From NCBI GenBank assembly GCA_038231275.1, contig JBBRLQ010000001.1, positions 64,001 to 128,000 of the forward strand: a stretch of 64,000 nucleotides of DNA. The letters run 5' to 3'. The notes below the pieces were generated by a model that did no database searches, was not told the origin of the DNA, and saw only the letters and a list, made by a program, of their open reading frames with translations. The stretch comes from Polyangiales bacterium. Lineage in GTDB: Bacteria; Myxococcota_A; Polyangia; Polyangiales; Polyangiaceae. Within the stretch, counting starts at the first letter, position 1; every line of letters starts with the position of its first letter. Both the position numbers and the translations under genes were made by a program. Positions 10,360 to 20,050 of this stretch are shown piece by piece.

Positions 10360-11163
10360 TCAAGGGTCGAGAACGCGAGCGCCCCGGCCGACATCGCATG
10401 CATTCACGATCGCCGCGTGGTGGACGCGCTTCGCCCAGCGGATCTGAGCGAGGAGACGATCGCGGGGACGCGCCGCCATGCGACCGGCAATGAGCGACGC
10501 GAGGACGCACCCAGTGCCGTGGAGCTGCGCTGCGCGGACGCGAGGGAGGGAGATCTCGTGGACCCGTCCGCCGTGGGCGAGCACGTCGATCGCATTTCTC
10601 CCGCGCAGATGACCGCCCTTCACCAGCGCGGCCCGCGCGCCGAACCCGCAGAGCGCGACGGCCGCAACGGCAGCTTCGTCGAGGTTCGTGACACGGAGGC
10701 CGGTGAGCGCCTCGGCCTCCACGACGTTGGCCGTCACGAGCGACGCGCGCGGTAGGAGAAGCGATCTCAGATCGCGCAGCGCGCGCGCCGCGAGGAGGCG
10801 TGAGCTCCCGCGCGATGGAAGCATGACGGGATCGACCACGACCGGAATCTCCGGATGACGCGCGAGGAGGCGCGCGACGGCCCGGACGTTTCCAGCGTCG
10901 CCCAGCGCCCCGATCTTGATGGCGCGAACGCGCTGGTGGGCCAGCACTTCACGAGCCTGCGCGACGATCCGCGCGGCCGGGAGGGAGCGCGCAGAACGCA
11001 TGCCCGCGGTCGACTGGACGGTCGATACCGCGACGACCGCGCAGCCGAACACACCCGCCGCCTCGAACGCACGGACGTCGGCGAGCACACCCGCGCCGCC
11101 GCCGGGATCGAGCCCGGCGATCGAGAGCGCGCATGCGATTCTCTCGGAGCGCGGAGGTGTCAC
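10360..11163 (-). CDS. thiD: Hydroxymethylpyrimidine/phosphomethylpyrimidine kinase
   Basis: LSIAGLDPGGGAGVLAD, IKIGAL, VVDPVM, LVKGGH and HGTGC; GTG 11163 chosen to avoid overlap with the upstream gene. Confidence 0.9.
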   Translation of the reverse strand: MTPPRSERIACALSIAGLDPGGGAGVLADVRAFEAAGVFGCAVVAVSTVQSTAGMRSARSLPAARIVAQAREVLAHQRVRAIKIGALGDAGNVRAVARLLARHPEIPVVVDPVMLPSRGSSRLLAARALRDLRSLLLPRASLVTANVVEAEALTGLRVTNLDEAAVAAVALCGFGARAALVKGGHLRGRNAIDVLAHGGRVHEISLPRVRAAQLHGTGCVLASLIAGRMAARPRDRLLAQIRWAKRVHHAAIVNACDVGRGARVLDP

Positions 11164-11173
11164 CCGTCGACCC

Positions 11174-11719
11174 TCAGGACCCGGCGGCGGTGTGATCGAA
11201 GACATACCGACCGAGCGCGCGCTCGCCCGCCTCGCTCACGCTCACGAGCTCGACCACCACGCGCGCGGTCGGCAGCGTGCGCAGGAAATCGCCGCGCTCG
11301 ACGGTGCGCACCACACCGCGCTGCGCGTCGAAGGGCACGTCCTTCTGACGAACGACGACGCCGCCGGGGAGGGTCTTGACGATATCGATCTGCTGGACAC
11401 CCGAGAGATCGGCCTGGAAATGCGTCGCATGGTAGACGTCGTCGGGCCCCACGCTGCACGCGACCGAGCCACCGGCTTCGATGCGGTAGGTCCGCGCGAC
11501 GAGCCCCGCGTCGTCGAGTCGCTGGAGCAGGACAGGGGGCGGAGCGAAGCGCACCTTCCCGGCGCCGACCAGCTCGCGCACCGCGTCGCCGAGCACGAGC
11601 AGGCGCTCGAAGGTGTGCGCGCACGTGCCGCAGGCGAGCACGTGCTCCTCGACCTCGGCGCTCTCCCTCTCTTCGAGATCGCCGAGCGCGAGCGCCGTGA
11701 GTCGTTCGAGCTCGATCAC
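11174..11719 (-). CDS. Soluble zinc-binding anti-sigma factor (zf-HC2/ZAS)
   Basis: EEHVLACGTC (HxxxCxxC); ATGA overlap with ECF sigma; no TM helix. Confidence 0.8.
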   Translation of the reverse strand: MIELERLTALALGDLEERESAEVEEHVLACGTCAHTFERLLVLGDAVRELVGAGKVRFAPPPVLLQRLDDAGLVARTYRIEAGGSVACSVGPDDVYHATHFQADLSGVQQIDIVKTLPGGVVVRQKDVPFDAQRGVVRTVERGDFLRTLPTARVVVELVSVSEAGERALGRYVFDHTAAGS

Positions 11720-12276
11720 GCCGCACCTCCCGTCACGCAGTCATGGAGGTGCCGGAGCGCGCGGAGGCGGGCGACGCGCACGTTCCCCATCGACATCGCC
11801 AGCTCCTCCGCGATCTCCTGCCCGTCGAGGTCGGCAAAGTACGTCATGACGACGATCGTGCGCTCTCGCGCGCCGAGCCGATCGAAGCACAGCGCGAGCT
11901 TGTCCTTGTCGACGATCGTCGGAGCGGTGCCGACGGCAGACGCCAGCTCCGGGCCGAACCGCTCGAGGAGCGTCAGTCGCCGGCGATCGCCGGTCTTCCA
12001 CTGAAGCACGGTGTGGCGGCAGATCCCCATCGTGAAGGCCGCGAGCCGGTCCGGCTCCTCTACCCTGCCGGCGCGGAGCGCCTCGAGGAGCAGGACCATG
12101 ACGTCCTGCGCGAGATCGGAGGCTGCGGCAGCGTCTCGCAGGTGCCGAAGCCCGTACGCGCGGGCGCGGGGGAGGAAGCGTTGGCAGAGGAGCGCCTCGG
12201 CGGAGGCATCGCGATCGAGCATGATGCGCCGCGCCAAGGCCGCGTCCTCCACAGAGTCGTCGTGCCGCGCCTCCAT
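11716..12276 (-). CDS. ECF RNA polymerase sigma factor
   Basis: Region 2 ASDLAQDV; region 4 EIAEELAMSMGNVRVARLRALRHL. Confidence 0.9.
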   Translation of the reverse strand: MEARHDDSVEDAALARRIMLDRDASAEALLCQRFLPRARAYGLRHLRDAAAASDLAQDVMVLLLEALRAGRVEEPDRLAAFTMGICRHTVLQWKTGDRRRLTLLERFGPELASAVGTAPTIVDKDKLALCFDRLGARERTIVVMTYFADLDGQEIAEELAMSMGNVRVARLRALRHLHDCVTGGAA

Positions 12277-12297
12277 CCGACACGAGAGCGTATCAGG

Positions 12298-13023
12298 TCA
12301 CGCTCCGAGCGCCTCCCCGAGGGCACGGAGAAGCTTTCCGCCGTCGCCCCGCCAGGCGGCGCCATGCATGCAGGCGAGCGTCCTCGGCGCCGTGGCCGCG
12401 AGCTTCTCGACGAGCGGCCCGAGGTTCTTGCCGTGCGAGTAGTAGTCCATCACCTTGCGGAACGCCTCGCTCGGACCGAGGATGTCCGACTCGGTGATCA
12501 CCGGATGGTCGGCGCCACCCTGCGTGAGCAGATCCCCGCTGAACAGCGTCCGCGTGGTCTCCTCGAGGAGGAATCCGTTCTCCCACGCGTGAGGGAGGTG
12601 CGGCGCGTCGAGCCAGCGCACGGTCTTCTTTCCGAGGGTCATCGCCTCCCCGTCCTTCATCGGCCGCGGCTCGCGATCCGCCAGATCGTTCATCGACACC
12701 ATCGCCGCGACCATCGAGCAGACGGGACGCGCGTGCGGCGCCGCGGCGAGAAACTCGTTGATCGCACCCGACTCGTCCGCCTCCACGTGTGAAAAGGCGA
12801 TCCAGCGGAGCTTCTCGATCGGCAGCACGCTCGCGATGGCTTCGCGTACCAGCGGGAACATGCGACGGGGGCCGGTGTGGAAGACGAGCGGCTCGTCGTC
12901 GACGACCAGGTACTGGTTGAACGAGAACCCGCCGGGGATCTCCCGGATGGGCGTGTGGATCTTGTAGATACCGTCTTCAATCGCGTCGATTCGCGTCCCC
13001 GTTTGCGTGTTCGTGATGGGCAT
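12298..13023 (-). CDS. Stand-alone flavodiiron(FprA)-like metallo-beta-lactamase domain protein (ODP-like)
   Basis: FNQYLV, SHVEADESG, PHLPHAWE, LFSGDL and CMHG; no flavodoxin domain; GGAGG RBS. Confidence 0.8.
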   Translation of the reverse strand: MPITNTQTGTRIDAIEDGIYKIHTPIREIPGGFSFNQYLVVDDEPLVFHTGPRRMFPLVREAIASVLPIEKLRWIAFSHVEADESGAINEFLAAAPHARPVCSMVAAMVSMNDLADREPRPMKDGEAMTLGKKTVRWLDAPHLPHAWENGFLLEETTRTLFSGDLLTQGGADHPVITESDILGPSEAFRKVMDYYSHGKNLGPLVEKLAATAPRTLACMHGAAWRGDGGKLLRALGEALGA

Positions 13024-13157
13024 CGTTGCCTCCCTTGGCTGTTGTCGCGTGAGTCGGCCTCGCGTTACGCCGCCACGTAAGAAAAAAGGGCGCCTCGCGA
13101 GGATGACATGGTCGACGTTGACAGTTCGAAAGCGCGCCTGGTACGCAAAAGGGCGAT

Positions 13158-13847
13158 ATGGCGAGCACGCGGCGGCATCTGGTGCGTACCGCGTGCGCGC
13201 TTTCGGTGGCCGCTGCGGGGTTCGCCGTCGCGCGCGAGGCCGGTGCGCAGTGCGTCGACGAGGAGCTCAAACAGGAGCTGATCGGCGGCCGTCATTACCG
13301 CGGCGTCCAGGAGCGCCTCTTCACCAAGGCCTACCGCCACGAGCTGTCGGCGATGGGCGGCTACTACGCGGCCGACCTCTACTCCTCGAACTGGATCGCC
13401 GGCGGCGCCTACACCTTCCATTTCTCGGAGGATCTCGGGCTCGAGGCTTCCGTGCAATTTACACGCTTCCGCACCGCGGTGACCGACACCTACGAGCGCC
13501 GCTACCCGCAGGTGCAGATCGAGGACCGGACCAACAAGCCAGGACGCCTGTATTTTGGGCACCTCGTGTGGTCGTTTGCCTACGGCAAGCTGCGGTGGAT
13601 GGGCGACGGGATCAGCCGCTTCGACTTCAACTTCGCGATGGGCGGCGGCGTGACCGACGACTCGACGGCGCGCGGGCTCACGGCGAGCGCCGGGCTCGGC
13701 ACCAAGTGGTACTTCGGAAAGTGGTTCAGCGTGCGCTTCGACTTCCGCGACCACGTCCTGCGCGAGACGCTCATCGGCGAGGAGCACCTCGTCAACGATC
13801 TGGTCGTCACCGGTGGTGTGAGCGTGTGGCTACCTTTCGGCGGGTGA
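13158..13847 (+). CDS. Outer-membrane beta-barrel protein (GltA/B/H / NfsA-like)
   Basis: Signal peptide, VQERLFTKAYRHELS, YTFHFSEDLGLE, WSFAYGKL and C-terminal GVSVWLPF. Confidence 0.75.
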   Translation: MASTRRHLVRTACALSVAAAGFAVAREAGAQCVDEELKQELIGGRHYRGVQERLFTKAYRHELSAMGGYYAADLYSSNWIAGGAYTFHFSEDLGLEASVQFTRFRTAVTDTYERRYPQVQIEDRTNKPGRLYFGHLVWSFAYGKLRWMGDGISRFDFNFAMGGGVTDDSTARGLTASAGLGTKWYFGKWFSVRFDFRDHVLRETLIGEEHLVNDLVVTGGVSVWLPFGG

Positions 13848-13930
13848 GCGGAGCGAAGCGCAGCGGAGCGAAACGCTCCTGGCGGAAAGGCTCTCTTCAT
13901 TCTGGCGCGGGCAGCCGGTAGCATGGGCGT

Positions 13931-14710
13931 GTGCGGACTCGTCTGACCTTCGCGTGCGCCGTCGCGCTGCTCGTGGCCCTTGCGACGGGCACCGTGGCCA
14001 TCGCCCAACCGCGCGGCCGCGGACCGGGCCCCAAGCCCAAGCCTCCGGCGAAAGTGGACGCTGGCGTCGAGGCGCCCGCGGCCGACGACGGAGGCGCCGC
14101 GCTCCCGACGACGGCCCCGAGCCTCGGCGACGCGGGCGCGACCGCCCTCCCCTCGCCCTCGAGCTTCTACGACGGCGGACAAAAGCCGTCGCCATTGAAT
14201 CCCGCGCCGAACGAGCTGCCGAGCGGCGCGCCTCCGCCTGCCGGCACCGCGGTGGACTACGACAAGCTCCTCGGCGACATCTCCGCCCTGCGCGCGCGCG
14301 TGGCCACGGTCGGCGACGCGCTCTTTCTATCGCGCATCGACGTGAGCGTTCAAAACGAAGGGGACCGCGCGAAGGTGACGCGCCTCACCGTGTCGCTCGA
14401 CGACGGCGTCGTCTACACGATGGACGCGACGAGCCACTTCGAGGACATGACGCGCATCTACGACCACGCCGTCGCCCCGGGCCGCCACGCGGTGACCTTC
14501 GACGTCGAGCGAAAGGACAACAAGGAAGACGCGTTCCGCACTGCGCAGCGCTCGCGCGTCATCGTCGACGTGCCGAAGGATCAGAAGCTGTCCGTCGAGG
14601 CGCGCATCACCGACGACTCGACAATGGGGGCGGATTTCCCGGGTGATCGCAGCGGAAAGTACGATCTGCGCATTCGCGTCCGCGCCATCGCGCGCGCGGC
14701 GGGGAAGTAG
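13931..14710 (+). CDS. Secreted hypothetical protein (Pro-rich linker, coiled coil, beta-sandwich)
   Basis: Signal peptide ending AIA; lies within the Glt-like cluster; TAGCAT 6 nt before GTG. Confidence 0.7.
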   Translation: MRTRLTFACAVALLVALATGTVAIAQPRGRGPGPKPKPPAKVDAGVEAPAADDGGAALPTTAPSLGDAGATALPSPSSFYDGGQKPSPLNPAPNELPSGAPPPAGTAVDYDKLLGDISALRARVATVGDALFLSRIDVSVQNEGDRAKVTRLTVSLDDGVVYTMDATSHFEDMTRIYDHAVAPGRHAVTFDVERKDNKEDAFRTAQRSRVIVDVPKDQKLSVEARITDDSTMGADFPGDRSGKYDLRIRVRAIARAAGK

Positions 14711-14714
14711 CTCA

Positions 14715-16715
14715 ATGCTTCGCCGCGTCGCCGTCGTGGCCCTCGCCGCCCTCCTCGCGGCGCCGATCGTCGACGCGCAGCCCCGACCGCCGACTGCGAC
14801 GCCGACGCCGACTCCGACGCCGACGCCGACGCCGACGCCGACCTCCGTTGACCCTTCGCGCGCCGACGCGATGCGCGCGTACAACGACGCGCTCGCCCGT
14901 CGTCGCCTCGGTGGACCCGACACGCTGAACCTCGAGGACGTGCGCGCGCGCGTCGCCATCGCCGAGGCGCTCCGCCAGGACGGACGCGTCGACGAGGCGA
15001 TCGCGAAGATGACGGAGCTGGTCCTCCATCCGCGCTTCGACGCGTTCGCCGACTACGAGGACGCGCGCGCGGCGGTTTATTTGCTCGGCGACTCGCTCGC
15101 GGCGATCGGCGCGTTCGAGCCCGCGCGCGCGTACCTGCGTCGCGCGATCGTCGCGAAAGGCGCGTGGGAGGGCAACGCCACGTACGCACGACGCGCGGCG
15201 CGGCGGCTCGTCGAAATCGCGCAGGAGTCGCAGGCGTACGCCGCGGGGATCGACGATCTGAAGGACGTTCCTGCGCAGGCGCCGGACGATGCGCGCGGCG
15301 AGGTGCTCTACCTCACGGGTCGCGCAAAAGAAGCCGCAGGCGATCCCGCAGCCGCGCTCGCCGCGTACCGACAGGTCGCGCGCACGTCGCGCTGGTGGTC
15401 GCAGGCGACGTACCTGCAGGGCCTGATTCAGGTCGAACGCGGAAAATTCAAGGACGGCGAAGATCTCTTCTGCAAGGTGGCCGACCCCAAGCGCCAGGAC
15501 AAGAGCGCGCCGGTGTTCGCCGACGAGCGATTTTTCCAGGTGCGAGACCTCGCGCGCCTCGCGCTCGGGCGAATCGCCCACGAGCAAGAGCGGTTCGACG
15601 ACGCGCGCTACTACTACTACCTCGTGCCGCGCGACTCCGAGCGGCTCGCCGAGGCGCTCTACGAGGCCGCGACGACGCGCTACGAGAAGAAGGACTACGA
15701 CGGCGCGCGCGAGCTGCTCGACGATCTCTCGAAGATCAAAGTGCACCACAGGTACGAGGACGAGGCGCACGTCTTGGACGCGTACATCGACCTCGCGCGG
15801 TGCAAGTTCGCCGACGCCGACAAGAAGCTCGTCGCGTTCGTGAAGGTGTACGAGCCGGTGCGTGACGCCGCGCGGCGCGTGGCGGAGAGCGATCGCGCGA
15901 TGGCGGGGCTCCTCGCGGCGGCGCGGACCGGGAGCGACGCCGGGGGCGTTGACGTGGGCGGCGCGACGCAGAGCCCCGAGGCGATGCGGGCGGTGGCGTC
16001 ACTCGTGCGGCTCGATCCGTCGTACGGCGCGATCGTGCGAAAGCGTGCGGCGCTCGAGCGTGAGGCGAGCGGCCTTCGACTCGCCTCGACGCAGCTCGGC
16101 GACTTGTCGCGCGCGCTGGCGACCGGCGGCGGGGTGCGTCCGACGGTGACGGACGAGGGCGATCCCATCGAGCGCGCGCGCGAGGCTCGTGCGGCACTCG
16201 ACGCGGTGAAGCACCTCCTCGCGGATCTCGAGGCGTCACACGCGGCGCCCGATCGCATCGCGCAGCTTCGGCAGGAGACCGCGGCGCTCGAGGCGCGCGT
16301 CGTCGAGGCCGAGAACGCCACGACAGCGCGCGAGCAACGCGAGGCGGCGAGCGGCGCCGATCTCCCCGATCTCGTCCGCGCCGACGCCGCGCGCGCCACG
16401 CGGCTCTCGAGCGACTCGGAGGTCGCGCGGCGCGAGCTGGCGCAGACGGAGGGCGCGCTCGCCAAGGACACGCTGAAGCGGCTCGATTTGCGGCTCTCCC
16501 GCCTCCTCCGCCGCGCGCGACTCGGGAGGATCGAATCGGTCCTCGGCCGAAAGCGCGCGCTAGAGGTCGAGATCGAAGCGATCAACAACGGCTTCCTCCC
16601 ACAGAGCGCCGTCGACTCGCTCGACGCCGGTCGCTACCTCCAGGACGGCGAGGAGTACTGGCCCTTCGAAGGCGACGATTGGCCCGACGAGTTCGTCGCG
16701 GGTGACGCGCTATGA
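14715..16715 (+). CDS. TPR protein, GltC/NfsC-like
   Basis: Signal peptide, TPR helices (RDLARLALGRI, AEALYEAA), coiled coil and C-terminal EYWPFEGDDWPDE. Confidence 0.75.
   Translation: MLRRVAVVALAALLAAPIVDAQPRPPTATPTPTPTPTPTPTPTSVDPSRADAMRAYNDALARRRLGGPDTLNLEDVRARVAIAEALRQDGRVDEAIAKMTELVLHPRFDAFADYEDARAAVYLLGDSLAAIGAFEPARAYLRRAIVAKGAWEGNATYARRAARRLVEIAQESQAYAAGIDDLKDVPAQAPDDARGEVLYLTGRAKEAAGDPAAALAAYRQVARTSRWWSQATYLQGLIQVERGKFKDGEDLFCKVADPKRQDKSAPVFADERFFQVRDLARLALGRIAHEQERFDDARYYYYLVPRDSERLAEALYEAATTRYEKKDYDGARELLDDLSKIKVHHRYEDEAHVLDAYIDLARCKFADADKKLVAFVKVYEPVRDAARRVAESDRAMAGLLAAARTGSDAGGVDVGGATQSPEAMRAVASLVRLDPSYGAIVRKRAALEREASGLRLASTQLGDLSRALATGGGVRPTVTDEGDPIERAREARAALDAVKHLLADLEASHAAPDRIAQLRQETAALEARVVEAENATTAREQREAASGADLPDLVRADAARATRLSSDSEVARRELAQTEGALAKDTLKRLDLRLSRLLRRARLGRIESVLGRKRALEVEIEAINNGFLPQSAVDSLDAGRYLQDGEEYWPFEGDDWPDEFVAGDAL
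14790..14843 (+). repeat. Coding (ACGCCG)n microsatellite encoding a Pro-Thr linker
   Basis: Translates PTATPTPTPTPTPTPTPT right after the signal peptide. Confidence 0.85.
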
Positions 16716-19700
16716 GACGCCGCGCGCTCGGGCTCTCGCTCGGCATCTCGTTCGGCCTCCTCGTCACGCTCGCGTCGCCCCGCGCCGACGCCGCGCCGAA
16801 CGAACGCCCGAGCGCCGCCGCCGAGCCGTCGAAGATGAAGGCGGCCGCCGAGCGCGCGATCGGCGGAGGCGCGGTGCAAAAACCGAAGGGCGCGCGCGAC
16901 GGATCGTCGAATGCGACGGGCGCAGGCTCCCGACCGGCGGTGCGCGGCCCGAAGATCCCCGACGCCCTCCGCGAGAAGCTGCGCGTTCACCTCGACAAGC
17001 GCATCGAGCGCGACATCACCGACATCCGCGGCCTGCGCGTCGAAGCGATCGGCCTCCTCACGACCTTCATCGCCGAGACGCCGAAAGAATCGCGGGAGAT
17101 GCCCGAAGCGCTCATGCGCCTCGGCGAGCTCAAATGGGAGCTCGAACGCGAGCAGTACGTCGATCGCTTCAAGGCGTGGGAAGGCAAGCCCGTCGATCAG
17201 CGCGGCCCCGCGCCCGAGCCGAACTTCACGCCGTCGCGCGAGCTGTTTGGACGCGTGCTCAAGGACTACCCGAGCTTCGGCCAGTACGATCTCGTCCTCT
17301 ACGTCGACGGCTTCCTCGCGACCGAGCAGGGCAAGCAAGACGAGGCCATCGAGCGCTTCTCGCGCATCCTCCGCGACTGGCCACGCAGCCGCTTCGTCCC
17401 CGACGCGCACATGGCCCGCGCCGAGGCGCTCTTCAACGGCAAGTACGACTACGCGGGCGCGCTCAAGGAATACGAGGAGGTCCTCAAGTTCAAGACGAGC
17501 GAGCTGTACGGCCTGGCCCTCTTCAAGAGCGCGTGGTGCTACTGGCGCCTCAACAACACCGACGAGGCCGCCAAGCGCTTCGTCTCGGTCTTCGAGGTCA
17601 CCGACACGCAGGGCAAGACCGCGAGCGCGTCGCAGCGAAAGCAGCTCGACGAGCTTCAGAGCGAAGCTCTGAAGTATTTGGTCGAGATCTTCACGGAGGA
17701 CGAGAAGAACACCGCCGGGGACATGTACAATTTCCTCGTCAAGGTCGGCGGGGACAAGTTCGCGAGCAAGGTCGTGAAGGCGCTCGCCGAGACGTTCTAC
17801 GATCAGACGCACTACGAGCGCGGCATCGAGGCGTACGAGCTGCTCTTGAAGCTCGAGCCGACGAGCCGGGACGCCGGCACGTACGTCCTCCAGATCGCGG
17901 CCGGCTACGCGGCGATCGAGGACTACCCGAAGCTCAAAGCCACGTACGACCGCGCACTTGCAAACTACACGCAAGGCGGCTCGTGGACGCGTACCCAAGC
18001 CGATGCCGCGAACGTCGCGGCGACGCAGGCCGCGATCGAGAAGCAGCTCCGCGAGCACGCGCTGCAGCTCCACGGCAAGGCGCAGAAAGATCGCACCAGC
18101 CGCGCCGAGTACGAAGGCGCCGCCGGCCTCTACGACACGTACCTCACCAAGTTCGGGAGCGAGGCGAAGGCGTACGAGGTCCACTACAACCTCGCCGAGA
18201 TCGATTTCTACCACCTCGACAGGAACACCGACGCCGGGACGCACTACATGGCGGCCGCGCGGCAAATCCCCGACGACAAGGCAAAGTCCGAACCCCTCAA
18301 GACGTTGCGACACGACGCGATCTACAACGCGATCGCCGCGCTCGAGCGCGTGCGCCTCCAGGAGCTCGATGCGCGCAAGGGCAAGCCGGGGAGCGTGCAG
18401 GAGACCGAGACCGACAAGAAATTCGCCGAGGCCCTCGAGCTCTACGCGCAGCTCTACCCGACCGATCCCGCGCTCCCCGAGCTGCTCTTCCGGCAGGGGA
18501 AGCTCTATTACGACTACGCCGTCTACAACACGGCGGTGAAGATCTGGAGCTCGCTCCTCGAGAAGTTCCCGCAGAGCCCGTACACCGAAGGCGCCGGCGA
18601 GCTGGTCCTCGACTCGCTCAACCGCAGCAAGGACTACGAGAACGTCGAGACGTACGCCCGAAAGGTGAAGGCGCTGCCGCGCTTCCAGACGCCAGCGCAA
18701 CAGGCGCGGCTCGACGCGTTCATCGTGCAGGCGGTGTTCAAGCAGGGCGAGCAGAAGTCGCAGGCGGGCGACCATGCGGCGGCGGCGGCGGCGTATTTGC
18801 GCGCGGCCAAGGAATTTCCCAAAGATCAGCGCGCCGCGCAGGCGTGCGTGAATGCGGAGCTGGAGTCGCAGAAGGCCGGCGACGTCGTCACGTTGAAGGA
18901 GGCCGCGCAGCTGATCACCGGCAAGGACTACCGCGACAAGGCGGAGTCGCCGCAAGGCGCGTGGACGGCGGCGACGACGTTCCAGGCGATGGGCCTCTTC
19001 GCCGACGCCGCGGAGTTCCACGAGGCGATCGCGCAGCTCGCCGATCGCGAGCACCCGAACTACCAGAAATTCGAGCACGCGAAAGACGCCGGGTACAACG
19101 CGGTCGTCCTCCGCGAGGCGATCGGCGATCACGATCGCGCCGTGGCCGACGGCACGAAGTTCCTCGCCGTGCACGGCGCGAGCGCGGAGGCCGACGAGGT
19201 CGTCTTCCAGATGGGACGCGCGCATCAAAACGCGGGCCGGAACAAAGAGGCCGCGGAGCTCTACAAGCGCTACCTCGCGAAAGCGAAGAACACCGACCAC
19301 CGCGCGCAGGGGTACGTCCTCCTCGCGCAGGCGCAGCTCAAGATGAACGACGACAAGGGCGCCGAGAATTCGCTCGAGGCCGCCGTATCGATCGGCAAAC
19401 ACAAGAAGGGCGAGCTCGGGGCGGACGGAAAGTACGCCGCCGCACACGCGCGGTACATGGAGGGCGAGCGCGTCCTCGCGAAGTTCGACGGCATCCAGAT
19501 CGCCGGAGACGTGAAGCAGCTCTCGCAGCGCTTGAAGCAAAAAGCGGAGCTCCTCAAGCAAGCGTCAACCATCTTCCTCGACACGGTGTCGCTCGGCGTC
19601 GCCGAGTGGTCGACCGCCGCGCTCTACCAGATCGGCCACACGTACGAGTCGTTCGCCAAGTCGATGCGCGACGCGCCGGCGCCCGGGAACCTCTCCGAGG

Positions 19701-20050
19701 CCGACAAGGAGCTGTACACCCAGCAGATCGAAGAGTTCGTCGTTCCGATCGAGGAGAAGAGCCTCGACGCGTACGAGAACGGCTGGAAGCGCGCGGTCGA
19801 CATCGGCATCTACAACCAGTGGACCGCCAAGATGCGCGAGGCGCTGGGGCGACTGAACGGTGAGCTCTATCCGCCCTTCCGCGAGATTGGCTTCGACGTG
19901 CGCTCGCAAGGACCCGCCGCGTTTCCGCCGCTGTTCGACGCGCCACGCCGCGGCGGTCCGGCGCCGGAGGGGCCGCCGCCGAAGTTCACGATCCCGACGG
20001 CGCCGCCGCCGACCCCGACCCCGCCCAAGAAGGGTGGAGGGAAGCGATGA
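16712..20050 (+). CDS. Large TPR protein, GltD(AgmU)/NfsD-like
   Basis: 1112 aa with signal peptide and many TPRs; C-terminal EWSTAALYQIG...PIEEKSLDAY...IYNQW; ATGA overlap. Confidence 0.78.
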   Translation: MRRRALGLSLGISFGLLVTLASPRADAAPNERPSAAAEPSKMKAAAERAIGGGAVQKPKGARDGSSNATGAGSRPAVRGPKIPDALREKLRVHLDKRIERDITDIRGLRVEAIGLLTTFIAETPKESREMPEALMRLGELKWELEREQYVDRFKAWEGKPVDQRGPAPEPNFTPSRELFGRVLKDYPSFGQYDLVLYVDGFLATEQGKQDEAIERFSRILRDWPRSRFVPDAHMARAEALFNGKYDYAGALKEYEEVLKFKTSELYGLALFKSAWCYWRLNNTDEAAKRFVSVFEVTDTQGKTASASQRKQLDELQSEALKYLVEIFTEDEKNTAGDMYNFLVKVGGDKFASKVVKALAETFYDQTHYERGIEAYELLLKLEPTSRDAGTYVLQIAAGYAAIEDYPKLKATYDRALANYTQGGSWTRTQADAANVAATQAAIEKQLREHALQLHGKAQKDRTSRAEYEGAAGLYDTYLTKFGSEAKAYEVHYNLAEIDFYHLDRNTDAGTHYMAAARQIPDDKAKSEPLKTLRHDAIYNAIAALERVRLQELDARKGKPGSVQETETDKKFAEALELYAQLYPTDPALPELLFRQGKLYYDYAVYNTAVKIWSSLLEKFPQSPYTEGAGELVLDSLNRSKDYENVETYARKVKALPRFQTPAQQARLDAFIVQAVFKQGEQKSQAGDHAAAAAAYLRAAKEFPKDQRAAQACVNAELESQKAGDVVTLKEAAQLITGKDYRDKAESPQGAWTAATTFQAMGLFADAAEFHEAIAQLADREHPNYQKFEHAKDAGYNAVVLREAIGDHDRAVADGTKFLAVHGASAEADEVVFQMGRAHQNAGRNKEAAELYKRYLAKAKNTDHRAQGYVLLAQAQLKMNDDKGAENSLEAAVSIGKHKKGELGADGKYAAAHARYMEGERVLAKFDGIQIAGDVKQLSQRLKQKAELLKQASTIFLDTVSLGVAEWSTAALYQIGHTYESFAKSMRDAPAPGNLSEADKELYTQQIEEFVVPIEEKSLDAYENGWKRAVDIGIYNQWTAKMREALGRLNGELYPPFREIGFDVRSQGPAAFPPLFDAPRRGGPAPEGPPPKFTIPTAPPPTPTPPKKGGGKR

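Noticed and set aside
13118..13147. Sigma70 promoter for the Glt-like cluster (TTGACA-18-TACGCA)
   Set aside because: Perfect -35 but weak -10 and long spacer; insufficient to call
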